A DNA stretch of 64,000 nucleotides from Gonapodya sp. JEL0774 (lineage: Eukaryota), in the NCBI GenBank assembly GCA_027604505.1, contig JADIIX010000036.1, positions 62,001 through 126,000 on the forward strand, given 5' to 3'. The position numbers and the translations under genes were made by a program. Positions 25,976 through 39,527 of this stretch are shown in pieces. The notes beneath the pieces were generated by a model. That model had not been told where the DNA came from, ran no database searches, and saw only the letters and a program-made list of their open reading frames with translations. Numbering within the stretch: position 1 is the stretch's first letter; each line of letters opens with the position of its first letter.

Positions 25976-28900
25976 GTGGACAAGGTTTCATGGAACGATG
26001 ACGAGTCCGTTCATTCACATCTCGACTGTCACTACAGCACACTGCATACATACAGCACACACCCCATACATACCACAATGCGCCGCACTCATCCCACTCA
26101 GCATCTGCACCAGTCGTCCCCATCCCCGCCGTCCCCAACCCACCATACCTCTCCTCTCACACCACTCACCACCAACACCTCGCTCGACCCATCCCGCCCC
26201 ACCGCAGTCCACCTACCCCCCCAGTCCATCTCATCTCGTCTCGCATCCCTGTACCATTCCTTGCGCCGCCACCATGCGTTTCACCGACTCATCCTCCACA
26301 ACGACCTTTCCGCACACGCCTTGCTTGCCCCTATACCCCCGGGAGCCCCGCTCGACGATTCTCTACGGCAGATTGTGGGCAACTTGGCCAGTGTGGACCC
26401 TTACTACCCTCCTTATAAGCCCACCGTGCAGCAGCAAGATGCCATGGCACAGCCAACACCTTTGGTCCTTTTGAGATACGCACCGCCGACCCTGCCGGTC
26501 AAAGAGGTTGAGGAATTGATCGCAGGGTTCGATGGTGTGCAGGATGTTACTTTTCCGGGAGCGCAAAGTGAGTCGGATCGAGGGGAAGAGGCATTGCCTG
26601 GGCACCCGCACGAACCGGACGAACCAGAATTCACCATGAATACTTGGTGATTTTGGAGGCGAATATCGAAATATAATGTTGAGTCCTTGCGAGGTGCCCA
26701 ACCGGAGCTCCACCGGGACATTACTGGAGTGAGGGGCCAATGCGCGGTCGCCTGAAGAATTCACGCTGACGGGTTCTTCGAAGTGTGTTCTGCGTCTGCA
26801 CCATTTTGTTTTTGTTTCTTTTTTTCTATATTTTGTCTATTCTTGGTCCACTCCTTTCATCGCTCCTGCACCTTCGCTTTGTCACCTCATGCGCTCGTTC
26901 ATCTTTGTCTGCATGTCTATCCTACCTCCATCAGCTCTTTCCGCGAACCCTCCTTCCCCCACCTCTGCCGCCCAAACTCCTTCCCACTGTCTTATCCACT
27001 TCTCCTCCCTCCACCGTGCCCGCGCATTCCTCCACGAAATCACCCGCACCACTTCTTGGTCGGCTGTCTATAGCTCCCCTACAGGGCCTCCGCCATTACA
27101 GCCCGCACAGCAGACCATGGGAAGTATGGGTAGCGTGGGCATGGGCATGGGAATGCCTGGATTGATGGGATCCGGAGGCAGTTTGGGAATGGGTATGGGA
27201 ATGACAGTGGGCAACATGGGTCCTGGTGGTATGATGCCATCCACCAACTCCACACACACCCCTCGGTACCAACAACCTCCCTCTACTATAAGCACCATAA
27301 CGCCGGTGGCCAGTTTAGCTGTCCCAGGGGGCAGTGGGGGAAACGGATCAGGGTCACTAGCGACAACGACGGGAGGGACCAATGCCCGTCCCTTCCCCTC
27401 TTCGAGTCCTGCTGGTCCCGCATCCTCTTCCTCCCCCTCATCTCCTTCGTCCTCCATGGCCATCCACAACCCCACCAATTCCTCCGCTTTCTCTCCAACG
27501 TCCACTACCCTCTCTACCGGCCACCCACTCTCCGTCTCCCTCGCGGTATCCCATCCTCCTTCGTGGTCCCCCGACACTCTCTCGGCCTGGCTCACCCGAT
27601 CCGCATTTGGGGTTGACACATGCAACGTACTAGCCACCCAGCCTGGTCCCTCCGATTCTTCATCGCACCCAAGCACAGCCACCACTACATCCCCAGAATT
27701 GTCTTCCTCCCCGCCACTAATATCCCAACCGAACCGCCTGTCCGACATCGGCACTGCATCCTCATCGCATTCTCCGACACCCCCTCCAACCTACAACACT
27801 TCCTTAGTTCGGCTCTCCTTCCGTTCCCCAGATCACCTACGTACATTTTTTATGAACCCACCTGGCTCAAGCTTACCTCCCGTCGTCGTCCGACTTGCCG
27901 AACCTCAGCAGATGTCGGCAGCGGCGGCGGGGACACATGGGTGGCGTGATGTACAAGCTGGTGTGGCAGCGGGCGCAGGACAGATAGGGCAGGGTGGCGT
28001 GCCGAGTATGGATATGAATGTGGGGATTGGTAGGGGAATGGGCGGTGTGCAGGGGGGTCCGGCCGTCGGCGTGTTCAATGGAGGGATGATGAGGGGTGCA
28101 ATCCAACCACATGACCACCCTCATCCTGAATCTCAATACCAGCAGAATCAGTACCAACAGTATCAACAGCAGATGATGGGCTTGGGTGCTGCAGCTGGTG
28201 GTGCCGGAGGGGCGGGCTACGGGTTTAGCCAGAGTCAAGGGATGGGACTGGGTGGGAACCAAGGACAGGTTCAGATGTATGGTGGACGCAATGGAGTATT
28301 GAATGGGAATGGAAGTTCTAATGGGAATGCAAGCCTGAGTGGGAATGGAAATGGAAACCCTCAGATGGGGCAGTTGCCAGTTCAGGGTCAGAGTCAGTTT
28401 GGCCATGGTGGACCTCAAGGTCAGGTTTTAGGGCAAGGCATTGGTCAACACGGATATTACGAATCGCTCGGCGGTCCTATGGGCAATGGCGCAGCCACGT
28501 CGGGCCCCGATACTGGTTCAGGTTTGATGGGACCGTCCTCGTCTTTCGCGCAACCCCCGTCCGGTGGTATTCATTCCTCCGCCACACAAGCCACTACACC
28601 ATACGTTCCTGCCACAAACCATCCGGCCATCGCTATTCACGTGCCCGCGTCGCTCGATCCGGCTGATTTGAGACGACTGTTGCGATGCTTACCAGGTTTC
28701 CGCAGATTGGTGCTGCCAGTGTCTGCCTCGCCAGCCGCCTCCACAAGCACCCCTGCGACCCAGCAGAACCAGAGTCAGTTGGCTTTATCCTTGTTCACAG
28801 CGTCGTTCGTGGATGCAGATTCGGCACGGAGCGCGGCGGATGTTATTGCCGGTTTGGGGCATGGGATCGTGAGCGGGACAGTGGGGGGGCCAGGTGCTGC

Positions 28901-31900
28901 AGGTATGTGGGGTGGTGTCGAGGTATGGAGGGGCGCATGGTGTGGGGGTGCGGTGAGTTTTTGATGGATTCCGGGGGGGGTTGGTGTTTGTTAGAAAGTT
29001 TTAGTTCCTCTATCCCCAACTCCACTTGCTGTTACCCCATCAGACCACACCTGTGCCAACTCCGTCTCCACGCCCAAGCGACCCCCCGACATCAACACTC
29101 ATTACCCTCCTCCCCCCACCTCTGCTCTCTGCTAGGCCCGATTACTATGCCCGACTCGTGTCGGACCACGACGGAGTTATTGCTCTGCACCCGTTGGGGA
29201 CCGACTCGTCTTCGCCGGCGGCATATGCGGTGGTGTTCAGGGATGCCACAGCTGCTGCGAGGGCCGCGAGAGATTTAGGGGAGGGGACGAGTATTGGTGT
29301 GAGGTATGCGAGAGAAGGGGAGGAGATTGGAAGTGATCAGATATTGATAAGGTTGGACAAACAGCCTTTGGAAATGAGGAAGGGGATGGCACAGACTGAG
29401 AGAGAGAAAGAGCAGGAAGTGGAGCAAGGAGAGCCAAGAGAAGAAGCAATGTGGGAAGATGGTGGAGAGAATGTTAGTGCAAGGAGGGATCCTGAGCGAG
29501 AGAGAAGTGGCAGTCGGGACAGTAGGCGGAGTTCGGCGTCGGTGCCGAGCGATTCGGAAGCCGCGGAGGGAGAGGATGGATTAGGAAGGCTTGGGGGAGG
29601 GACCGCGGGGGGCGTCATCACGGGTATTAGCGGGATCAAGCAGCGTGGGCGGAGTCACAGTCAAAGCTCGGCGCATTCTGCGGCGTCTGCGTCGAGTGCT
29701 GGGGGCGCGCGAGTGCCTCGAGCAACAGTGCATATCACGAATCTTTCTGCACCGGGGAACGGTCTGGACAAGGCGGATGTAAAACACTTGCTGGCTGGTT
29801 ATCCTGGATTCCGCCGTGTTGCATTCTACCGCGATTGGATTTTCGCGGTATTTGATAGTACCACCTCCGCAGCGAATGCGGTGAGCGCCATAAATACCGA
29901 TACCAAGATGCGGGCGAGTTTTGCTAGGGATGAGTATGCACCGAACTATGTGGTTCCTGAACCCGGGATGCAATGCAGTGTGTTATACGTGTGTAACTTG
30001 CCGTGGGACGCAACTAATTTGGAATTGACCAAGCTGTTCAAGTGAGTTCAGATGGGAATGGTTACGTGGACGATGATAATCGTGGTTCAATGTCTGATCG
30101 TGTTTTTGTCTTCCTTGCAACCGTTCTAGGGCATACCCAGGCTACCGCGAGGTCTATTTCTTCCGCGAAGCCTGTAAAGTTTATTTTGAAGATATTGATA
30201 GCGCAGAATCGTGCATGCGCGATGTGAACGCCACGACCAATCTCATCGCGACATATTTCAAGGGCGAAACAGCATCGGGACAGTCTGGCATGATTGAGGA
30301 TCAAGCCAGAGATGAGGCGGATGCCATAAGCGTGAAGAGTGCCAGGAGTGCCGCGGATGTCCAGGGTTCGCAAGGGGTGGACTCGCAAGGTGGTCAGAGC
30401 GGAGAAGGAAGGCCGACGCCGAAGTGTACGCTGCATGTGTCAAATCTAACAAGAGATCGGGCGGATTTGAAAGTGCACTTTCAGTCGTACGCTGGATTTG
30501 TGCGCATCGCTTATTACCCCAACTGGATATTCTTGGTCTTTGCGGACTCATCGACGGCAGCGCAGGCCATACAGAAAATTCATGCGACGACGAGAATGCA
30601 AGCGAGCTTTGCCCAAGTCGAGTACACACCCGGGTTTGTCAGACCCGAACCAGGCCCCATGGGCCCGGTCGTGCGGGTCGGCAACTTTCCCAGTGGTGCG
30701 GGGGAAGGAGAATTTGTAAAGCTGTTTAGAAGCTACGAGAAGTGAGTTCATAATTGAGAAGAAGAGTGACTGGTTTTGTCAAGCATTATCTGTTTACTGA
30801 TTACATGAACGCGGTCCTCCTAGCTGCACTGACGTCCGCTTTGGTCGGGAAGACTGCCTCATTTGGTTTTCCTCACGCGAAGCCGCAACTCGGTGTCTCG
30901 ATGACATCAACCGGACCACAAATCTGTGCGCAGTGTACTACCCGGTCATGAGCCCAGCCGCAACTCAGCCACCGGCTGCTCGATTACCAACTGCCACGCC
31001 GCAGACGGGATTTTCTCCGTATCCCTCCCAGCAGTCTTCAGGCCCTCCACCAGGATTTGGGCAGTTTCAACCTCGTCCAGTGCCGCAACAAACGGAGTTC
31101 TGGGAAGATGACGAACCAGCAACGTTATCCATGGGTCATTCGATACCGAGCTCGCCTGGAGGATCGTCACTTGATGCCAGTGCTGCAAGGAGTTCAGCGA
31201 GCTCACCGTTTCCCAATTCTGAGAGGTCGTACGGTGTCGAGGGAATTGCAAACAACGGGCACAATGTCGTCGTCGGTCCGACCGGGCAAATGGCTGTTTC
31301 TGGCATGTCCGCGGGATATGGTGGTGGCAGCGGATTTCCCCCCGGGCACCCGCCGAAAACTACTCTCAAAATTGGCAACATAAGCTTGGATAGGGCAGAC
31401 TTGCGTAAAGTTCTATCTAGCCTGAGAGGATTCACCAAAGTCGCTTTTTATCGGTAGGTGTCTTGATTCTGCGTATTTGACTCATTGCATCAGTGACCGC
31501 ATGTCGTCAAATGGACAAACGCATCCCTCTCAGGGACTACGTATATGCGTGTTTCGCAGATGTCGAGTGTGCACGTGCTGCCATGGACCTTTTGCATACT
31601 TCTTCCAGGATGCGATGTGTATACCCGAAGTACGACTACACAACGCACAACGATCGGCTCGACGTTGGCCAGCCGTGCCCCATTCTTCACGTCAGCAACA
31701 TGCCCTTCAACTCTAATTCAAGCGAGTTCGTCAAGATGTTTGGAGCATACGAGGGTTATCGGGAGACACAGTTTTTCAGAGAAAGTTGCCTTGTATTCTT
31801 CGCAACTGAGCGAGATGTCAGTGTTATCTTCTAGGAGCGTAATCGATTAGGTCTCTGTTTGACCTGTCTTTCCAATCACTTTCACACACTCCCAGGCTGC

Positions 31901-33125
31901 GACTGCTCTCCAAGACTTAAACAAGACGACAAATCTCGTGGTTGTGTATTCCAAAAAGGGTCTTTCTGCTTTGCAAGCTCTCCAACAGGGAAGTCTCATG
32001 ACATATGCGAATGGTTCCAATTCTCTATCAGGTTATCCAGGGGGCGACTTCCAGCATTCCCTTCCTACCGATCCAGCGCTCATGGAACAATTCCTTCGCT
32101 CGGTTTCTGCTTCAATGTCTGACCAATTTGAAGGCGAAGTGCGGCGTCCGCCGGGATCTTCGAATCTGACCGGTGGATCTGAATTCCCCCGGGACAGAAG
32201 GACCTCAGAAGCCGATAGTCGATTGTGGACGAATGGTTTCGGACGTTCTCCAAGCATGCCGCTATCCTCGTTTGCCTCCGAAGGTGATGAAGATGGCGAG
32301 TACAAACGATACGCTAGAACACCAGATAGCATGTATCAGGCTGATAATGCTTCTGGTGGGGGATATGGAACTAAGTCCAACGAGATCCCTGATGTAGTTC
32401 GCCACTTCGTCGAAAAGATGCAGCATCAGATGAGTGAAATGGAGCAGCGTATGGTTGCAATGCAACGGCAACTTGCTGAACGTGCCGTGGCTGAGCAAAG
32501 GCTGAAGGAGGAAAACGCACAACTTCGGGCGGCTCTCACACGCCTAGGTGGAGGTCGGGCACCTGAAATTCGACGAAGCGAGCAAGTTTCAGGACGTGGT
32601 GGACTCGGGCGATTTACACCGGAACTTAACGTTGGCTCACCAGTTCCTTCGTATGGATCCGCCCTCGGACTCACCAGGTCAACATCAGGACCGCCTCAGC
32701 GAAATGTTGGTTTCGCACAGTATGCTGAGGACCAATTTTACGCGCAGTCTCCAACCTCGTCTATGTACCCACCTCAAGCACAGCAGTTCCGTGCTGGGCA
32801 AGGAGAAACCTTCCCAGGCCATAGCCCATATGGAGCTTACCAGCCTCAGCTGCAACATACACAAGGTCCACCCTCCTATGAATTGACTGCGCACGACTCA
32901 ATAATTAGCATGCTAGACACTGATATTGATCGACAGGAGGCCCGTCGGCAACAGCAACAACAGCTGCAGCAGCAACAAACACCCGACTATGACCCTCGCG
33001 AAGCTTGGAATAGCGTAACTTTTGGTCCACAAGCAACACAGGGTGCGGAATCTGGCCCCACAGGTTTGGGAGGGATGGGAAGAGGTTTTGGGACGAGATT
33101 CGGCAACAACGGATCCATCTGGTAG
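25976..33125 (+). CDS. Very large multi-RRM RNA-binding protein (about 10 RRM-like units in five pairs, Scw1/Whi3-like type) with C-terminal coiled coil and Q/G-rich tracts
   Basis: ORFs 25976, 26889, 29026, 30215, 30933, 31493 and 31938 join via GT-AG introns. Recurring RRM units: ATVHITNL..GYPGFRRVAFY..IFAVF, CSVLYVCNLP, CTLHVSNL, TTLKIGNI, CPILHVSNMP. Coiled coil MSEMEQRMVAMQRQL..LKEENAQLRAAL. Start uncertain (first in-frame ATG at 26078). Confidence 0.85.
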
Positions 33126-33462
33126 AAACTCTCGTAGCCAACGTTTAAGTCTTGGTGGACATTCAGTCATCGTTGCAGGACATATTCTCTGCCCCCTTCG
33201 TCTGGGCTCAAACGTACCTCGTAGAAAAGTGCGACAATTTTAGTAGCTTCATTTGGACCGTCACCGCTAGCATCTCAGCTTTCCTGTAAGCGTTGGATCT
33301 TCACACATGAGAAGTATGTAACTCCCGTCCACGTCTCAATCATGAATAAGAAAAACATAGTTTTCTCGTTGTTCATTGGCTCGTGAAACAAACTCCCCGA
33401 AATCTCCATTTGATAAAAGTTACATAAGAAGCGGTGCGACAAAGCCACTCTGAAAACAATCC

Positions 33463-36400
33463 TCACACACCATCCCATCCAGTCCTCTCTGCAACCCCAC
33501 TCATACCCGCGATACTCTCCACCATCTCCATCCACACAGCATCTTCCGAACCCGGACTCTCGAAAACCACGCCCGACGCATTCTCGGTACTGCAATCTCC
33601 TCTGCTCTGTGTCTCCGGCGGTGGCAACAAGTACACATCCCCAGCAACTTCTCCTGCAACTCCTGCCACACTGACACCGGCTTCTCCGCCGTTTGCAGGA
33701 GTCATGACCGCCACAAGATTGGGACTACCCATACTCCTGTGCGTGAAAGGCATCATAGGGTCGTACGCAATGCCGCCAGTCGTGGTGCCATGCGTGGTGC
33801 CTCCAACGGACACCACGGAGGGAGACCTCCTAGGCCCTCCTGGACGACCAACCGAGCTCGCACTACTCGTACGCCGATGGGGACCCCCGCCTGCCTGTTG
33901 GTATCCCAATGGGCTGGGTACCGTCGGGGCGTACCCTTGACCTCCAGGCATCCCCAACCCTCCACCCGCACCACGTACTCTTCCCGGAGTCCTCAGTACC
34001 GGTGGTCGGGTCATCATTTCTCTGAGTACTGTCTCATACTGAGCAGGGCCGCGGTGCGCAGGTAGTACTCGTGGAGGTGCTGCGGGACGGAGAGGAGGAG
34101 GGTGGCTGACAAGTTCCGAGAGAACTACAGAGAAATCGGGAGAGTTGGGCTGAAAAGACGACCCAGGTGGCGCAGGGCGGAGTGGAGGCGGTTGGTGTAA
34201 CAATTCGGTGAGAACACGATCGAACTGGACGGCGGGGGTCTGATCGAGAGGCGCGATGTTGCTGCGGTGTGCAGGCGGGAACGTTGGCGGCAACCCCGTC
34301 GCCTCAGCACCTGTCGATATTGATTCTGTGCTCGCATGCCTCAATGGTGGAGTTCCTCGCGTGAGCTCCCTCAGCACCATCTCAAAGACCTCATTCGGAG
34401 TAGGATACCCCATGATTCCGGATCCGAAATTTATCGATCCCCCCTCCACATGAGTCCCTGCTCCATCAAGCCCATTGTGGCCAGTCAGACCGGGCGGATG
34501 GAGTCGCGCGAACATAGCTGCCAAATCAGATGTGTCATTGCTCCCGATTGTGCTCCCCACTCCTCCACTGGACCCGTTCTGACTGGCATCCCCAGACAGC
34601 GCAGGTCTTAGAGGTGGCACCCCCTTGGCCAGTTCTCTCATGACCATTTCGAACGTCGCGTTGGGCGGGCCATTTTGGACGCCGGCGAAATCAAAAGTAG
34701 GTGCACCAGCGATCCCTGCCTCCAAATTAGTCGGCGATCCACACTGCGGCAAAGATGGCGAGGTGGGCACAGTTGGGTAAGGTGCACCGGGTCGAGATGG
34801 AGAGCCTACGCGACGACGGGCAGACGAAGACAGTGAGCGGGCGAGAGTGAGGCCCGGTGGCCGGGCGAGTGGGACAGAATTAATGCGGCGAGTTCGACCT
34901 GGTGCGGTGCCGTCACTTAAAGGCGGCTGCTGAAGTGTTATAGCAGATGGCGCCAGCGGTGGGAGGGCGAAATAAGAGGTATATAGAGGAGGAAGGGAAG
35001 GCGGATGCTCCGACCCGAAACCAGAGTTCCCAAAATGCTCTCCACCGTCTGCTTGCTTCCCCCTTGGCGGGCTGGATAAGTCCATTGGATCATCCCGCTC
35101 GTTTGTTGGTGGTGAAGCCACTGCGCACTCTCCGAAATCAAAGCTCCCGCCAAAGTCAGTGTCGGATTCTTCCTTGGCGCTAGAGAAGTCAAAGAACTCG
35201 TCTAGAGGATCATTAAGTGGCAATGGCGGGGGAAGCGAGACGGTGGAATTAGGCGGCAGGGGGTGAGACCGTGTCGGCGAAGGCGAAGGGTGCAGTGATG
35301 GTGTCGGTGGTTTTCCAATGTTTCTTCGCTGACGAGACTTTGGAGCCTTTTGGACCAACCCTGCATCCTCGACAACCAAATTTTCGCTTTCTGACTTCAT
35401 TTGGGCCTTTTCGACCAATCCATTCCTTTTAAGCCTGGTATCCAAGGTCGAATAATCGATCGTCCCGCCGTCCCACCAGTCAGGTTTAGCAAATCGCCCT
35501 CCGCATTTCTTGCCCAATACAGTCGAGTTACATGTTTGAATCACAATGCGTAAATCGGGTTCGTAATCCGGAATATCGTCGGGATCAGATCCTTGCGTTG
35601 GATCCAGCGTCGAGGCAAAAGTTTCATGTGCCGCGAGATTGACTTCACTGGCCCAGCCCAAATCTACGAACTTGAGCATAATCGAGTGTCCGCATTCGGG
35701 TCGCGGACATACGACCGGGCGAGCAATGTCCTCGAGTCCGACTTCCGAAGCGGTAAGAAGGAAAGTTTTTAGGGAGGTGTGACGAAGGTTACGTTTCGAC
35801 TTAGCACCTGAGTGTCAGAGAGGCAGGGGGGGTGAGACGCGAGAGTGCAAGTAATCTTGCTGTCATGGGCAGCAGTAGTGCAGTTCCAGCAGAGTTCCAA
35901 GCATTCTGCCATCCAATACTTATAAGGCAATGTCGTGCATGCCGAACGAAGAAGGAAATCCTTGGATGAACCACATACTCTAGATTATGGCTCGCAACTT
36001 GCGCACAGCGGCTTCTGCTGATTCCCCTTCAAACCCACTATCCATTTCCTCCAGAACCAAGAAATTCAAATTGTATTTACTTTCAACGATGAAAGAGGCG
36101 AATTGCGGTGTTTCCTGTACGATGACGAGTGTCAGACTCAGTCTCACCTTTAATTCCTCCTTCCCTGCAATCCGCCCTGTACTTGGACTCATTCTTTTTC
36201 CGATTTTCGATTCCTATCCGTCCGCCTGCTTCACAGTCCTCTTGGAACGAGGCCGAGAAGGTTTTGCGACGGGCATTTCGAGAGGCTAAGAAATGACGGT
36301 TGTGAGGACCATACTGGGTAGCGATCGTAGAGGGCGACAAAGGTAGTTCACAAAAAAATCCATGCAATACACATTGCGAGACTGATCATCCCCCAAATTC

Positions 36401-36778
36401 GTCTTACGAAGTCGCAGGTCGGTCCTTCGACCTTTCAAGAACTCCGCCAAGGGTGTCCAATGTCTTCCATAATACCAACTATTGTTCCCTTAAAAGACGA
36501 CAACCAATTTGCTCATCGCACTTTTCGAAACACTTACGGGATTGAGACGGAACTGCCTGGAGTTCCTCCGACAGGACCACAGATTGCCCAGATTGCCCAG
36601 ATTGCCATAGCCCAGAGTCCTCGTCCAGCTCTAGCTTAAGACGAACATCTAAGTCGAAGGAGTCTTGATAAGGTGACAGCGATTCGGCGGTGTCCATCTC
36701 GAACAACGTGGAGGCGGACGGACTTGAAGCGACGGGTGTCGGTCTCGCCTGCGTCTCACCCGTGGCGGCCGCCGGCAT
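33463..36778 (-). CDS. Uncharacterised Cys/His-domain family protein, paralog P3 (with five internal helical/PPLRP repeats)
   Basis: Main exon 35807-33463: KRNLRHTSLKTFLLTASEVG...CPRPECGH..LKFVDLGW...QTCNSTVLGKKCGGRFAKPDWWDGGTIDYSTLDTRLKRNG, tail YDPMMPFTHRS. Upstream exons (approx. 36778-36538, 36488-36409, 36286-36148) splice in frame but are less certain. Confidence 0.8.
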
Positions 36779-37370
36779 ACTGAAAGACACAGAGGGAACG
36801 CTGGCACTGCCCTGTTTGTGGTATATCGGAGTGAAGGTGCCGCTATTGGTGAACAGCCGATTGCTGTGTGGTTGCTTATTTATGTGAGCTGTGGCGACAC
36901 GGGGGTGGCACTCTTCTATAGTCCACAACAAATGTTCGTGTTACAATGGGTGCTGATGCGAATTTCAACAGAGAGTCAATGAAAGGACAAGTGGTCATGA
37001 GAGTTCGAGGGCGAAAGAGAGAAGAACTTGCTTGACTTTGCATTCTACAGCAAAGATTCAAAGCTCGAGTACCAAGTTCTTTTTCCCAATGTTTCTGAGA
37101 GTCCAAGTCCGCTGATCTTTCACACTTCAATGCATTATATGAGTCTTATAGTACATCTAAAACTGTGCCTTTTTCGTCTGTACCTGAGTTGCTATTACTG
37201 ACGTTTTGTAGTTCCCATTAGGAATACTGGAATGCATTTTGTTCTCCAACACCAAACCGCGCCAAGCTCTCTGCCATCTCTCCCTTAGCTCTTGATCTGT
37301 TGCTGGTACTATATCCAAAGTTCGTCACATGTGTCATTACTCCTTTCCAAATGCGAACTCCCGAAACATG

Positions 37371-38820
37371 TTACTCCCAAAGCCGTCCTTTGCTCACCGA
37401 ATCCCGCAGTTCCATCATTTCGTGGTCCAAGTCTTCTTCCTCACTAACTTCTTCTTGATCGTCCTCCTGTTTCACCCCTTGCACAAAGTCGCTCGGCTCC
37501 ACAGAGACCGCTGCCGTTCCTGACCCCGCGCTTTCCCCCAACCCCGAAAACACGATGACGGACAGGTCATCTTCCTCCATGTCTGGGATTCCGCTGCCCC
37601 AGAATGGTGACTCGAGTGACCATTCCGATCCTGACGCAGCGGCTTGAGTCATGTACGACCTCTCATCGGCTTGAGCATTCGGAGGTACGAGTATTGAGCC
37701 GTACGAGAAGGGATTAAGTGGACTGTATGAAGTTCGTGAGCGAGTCTCCTGACCAGGTGGCGACGTGGTTGGTGTTGAATTTGAAATGGCGTGATCGGTG
37801 CGGTTGATCTGAGTGTTGAGTGGGGTAAGCAGTTCACTTTGAGCCCGTCTGGAGGTGGATTGCCTGACAGGATAAGAATTGTAGGGCCGAGTGTGAAGGG
37901 CCTGTTGGAGTATCATTGAATGACCAAATGAGGCGGGTGAGTCCCCGATTTTGGTAGGGCAGGATTCGTCAGATCGGACTTTTGGGCGGGTACAAAATTT
38001 TCAGTCTCCTGGCTCACCAGCACGTCTGCGGCTACAAAGCCCTCTGTCGGAGCTTTATTGAGTATCCTCGATCTCAAGTTTTCGGTGTCCTTCGAACTGT
38101 CCTCATCTGCGTCACTCCGAAGAGCCAAGAGCTGAGAAAGATCTGTGGGGAACGACCACGCGCGGACAGGTAGGTGGTTGTTGAATGGAGGCGCTGGTGA
38201 TGGTGGTGGTAATGAAGTCAGCCATGCAAGATGCAGCGGTGAAGGTTGTTGGAGAACGGAGAAGGAGGGATGTACGCCTGATTGGTCGGCGAACGCTGTC
38301 CTGACCGCCACTTCAGAATGCGTTATATTATATGATTCTGAGGTGAGGTTCTTTGTGTTGGGATGTTTCGATGAGCCTCGCCTCCCACACCGGAAAACAT
38401 TGCACCCTAACTCACCGACACAACTTGCATTTCATCTCCACTAGTCTTTTCATCAGCGAATCCCGAATCCCTATGATTTGAACCCAAATCCCCTTCTGTT
38501 CTCCTCCTCCTGGTCTGAGTCGATCTGACCAGCCCGTGCCTGAGTAACTTTTGATGAAGCGTTGAATAATCAATAACCCGATGCTGCCACCACTCGGGTG
38601 GCTCGAACCGTGCGTTGCATTTCTTGCCGTTGCGATTCCGGTTGCATGTTTGGAGGACCAGGCACAAGTCGGTTTGATATGGTTCCTTCTCCCAGCCCAA
38701 ATCCGTGAACTTTAGCCATACTTGATGTTGGCACTCAGGTCGAGGGCACGTGACCGGTTTTGCAATTTCTTCGAGACCAACTTCTTCTGCAGAGAGGAGG
38801 TGGGTTTTTACGCGGCTCAT
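37371..38820 (-). CDS. Uncharacterised Cys/His-domain family protein, paralog P4
   Basis: Exons approx. 38820-38416, 38350-38018 and 37901-37371. VKTHLLSAEEVG...CPRPECQH..LKFTDLGWEKEPY..QTCNRNRNGKKCNARFEPPEWWQHRVIDYSTLHQKLLRHG, tail YSPLNPFSYGS plus an acidic end. A further upstream exon is possible. Confidence 0.8.
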
Positions 38821-38916
38821 GGTTTGATTTTGCTGGCGGAGTAACCGGTGGTTTGAACGTCTTTGCTTGCAGGAAACTAGACCAATTTCAAAGTGGGCTC
38901 ACGAGTGCAGGGTCAA

Positions 38917-38955
38917 CAGGTTGGTGTGGACAGGTGGTGTGGACAGGTGGTGTGG
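38917..38955. repeat. Three tandem ~13-bp units (CAGGTGGTGTGGA)
   Basis: caggttggtgtgga caggtggtgtgga caggtggtgtgg. Confidence 0.7.
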
Positions 38956-39527
38956 TGATGGGACAAGGTTGTGTGGCTGGCAGGACTTTGCAGGGGGTTC
39001 GTGGCTGGCCCGGCAAGGAGATTCGATGAAGCTGGGGCACGAGGCTGCCATGAGCGAACAACAGGAGATTCGATGCATCTCAGTACGATCTCGGAGTGCT
39101 TGAATGGACCTCACCCACCTTAACGCGGTGTGCAAGTGGTTTGCGTTCAGCTTAGGAAACCGATAAGGTGATCCCAATCTTCCGGATGATGTACTGGCTC
39201 CTTGATCCAAAGTCGAAGAAATCCAGCTGTGACACCATGAGGAAGAGTGGGGTATAGAGAGTGCAAGCTTGTCGCGTAAGTTTAGAATTTCGGGTCAATC
39301 CCCTCCTGCGATCTCAACGAACCTCTGTGGATCTGCTCAGTCGGGATCCCCTTGATAGACACTGATGGACTTCAATTGATTCAAAAGCACCACTCGACGA
39401 CCTTTAAAGACCTGAAATATCATATTAGTAGCTTGCTGTTGCCACTGCAAATAATTAACGCATTTGGATAAATCCTCAAGTAATCGGTAATATATTGCCC
39501 CAATATATATTCCTCGGACAAGGAGAC

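Noticed and set aside
27068..28418. Long antisense ORFs (also e.g. 33434-33940, 43650-44654, 57893-58805)
   Set aside because: They are shadows of GC-rich, low-complexity coding exons on the opposite strand and have no independent motifs.
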